Of a DNA stretch of 25,489 nucleotides, positions 25,091 through 25,489 are shown piece after piece. Numbering within the stretch: the stretch's first letter is position 1; each line of letters starts with the position of its first letter. The stretch spans positions 1 through 25,489 of the IMG/VR virus record IMGVR_UViG_3300017902_000071. One strand, written 5' to 3'. Source of the stretch: a virus (lineage: Duplodnaviria; Caudoviricetes). The position numbers and the translations under genes were made by a program. The notes below the pieces were generated by a model, which ran no database searches, was not told the DNA's origin, and saw only the letters and a program-made list of their open reading frames with translations.

Positions 25091-25489
25091 ATGTTTAACT
25101 CAAAAGCTCTAACAGAAAAGTGGTCACCTGTTCTAAGTCATGAAGGTGCTGGCACCATCAAAGACAATTATAGAAAAGCTGTTACCGCTGTTTTGTTAGA
25201 AAACACAGAGTCACAACTTAGAGAAGAGCGTGGTATGATCAATGAAGCATCCAACACAGTTGGTGCCATTGGTACAAACGCACTCTCAGGTTCAGGACTT
25301 GATACAAAAACAGGCGGTCTTGCTGGATTTGATCCAGTGATGATTAGCCTCATCCGTCGTGCTATGCCAAACTTGGTAGCATACGACATCTGTGGTGTAC
25401 AACCAATGAGCGGTCCTACAGGACTAATCTTTGCGATGAAGTCACATTATCAGCAAAATGGTGCAGCACTAAGAGCTGGTAACGAAGCA
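25091..25489 (+). CDS. g23: Major capsid protein gp23, N-terminal part (3' truncated)
   Basis: MFNSKALTEKWSPVL..RKAVTAVLLEN..AGFDPVMISLIRRAMPNLVAYDICGVQPMSGPTGLIFAM. Confidence 0.97.
   Translation, partial: MFNSKALTEKWSPVLSHEGAGTIKDNYRKAVTAVLLENTESQLREERGMINEASNTVGAIGTNALSGSGLDTKTGGLAGFDPVMISLIRRAMPNLVAYDICGVQPMSGPTGLIFAMKSHYQQNGAALRAGNEA

Noticed and set aside
1-25489. tRNA, CRISPR array, intron, transposase, or diversity-generating retroelement TR/VR pair
   Set aside because: No cloverleaf, spaced repeats, interrupted core genes, reverse transcriptase or long near-identical repeats were seen by eye. A tRNAscan or self dot-plot would confirm.

Overview
A 25.5-kb segment of a T4-like marine cyanophage (myovirus; probably Prochlorococcus-infecting, given the low GC, PTOX and cyanobacterial-type small genes). 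All credible genes are on the + strand. The left ~11 kb is an accessory tail-fibre/adhesin region. It holds the end of a fibre gene, three short fibre-tip proteins (two fibrinogen-like, one LamG-like), fibre-chaperone-like proteins and three 2OG-Fe(II) oxygenases. It also holds a tightly coupled five-gene late cassette (Kelch-like propeller, fibre chaperone-like, coiled coil, U32-family Fe-S enzyme fused to a SAM methyltransferase, 2OG oxygenase), which is the best candidate for an undescribed system. The right part is the T4 morphogenesis core: g13, g14, g15, g16, then a variable insert (PTOX, SNase-like nuclease, micro-ORFs), then g17, g18, g19, g20, a small core gene, g21, g22 and the start of g23. 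T4-type late promoters (TAAATA), some sigma70-type promoters, several coupled micro-ORFs missing from the ORF track and an RBS-sequestering hairpin before g18 are also visible. No tRNA, rRNA, CRISPR array or mobile element was seen. Family assignments come from motif recognition, not database searches.
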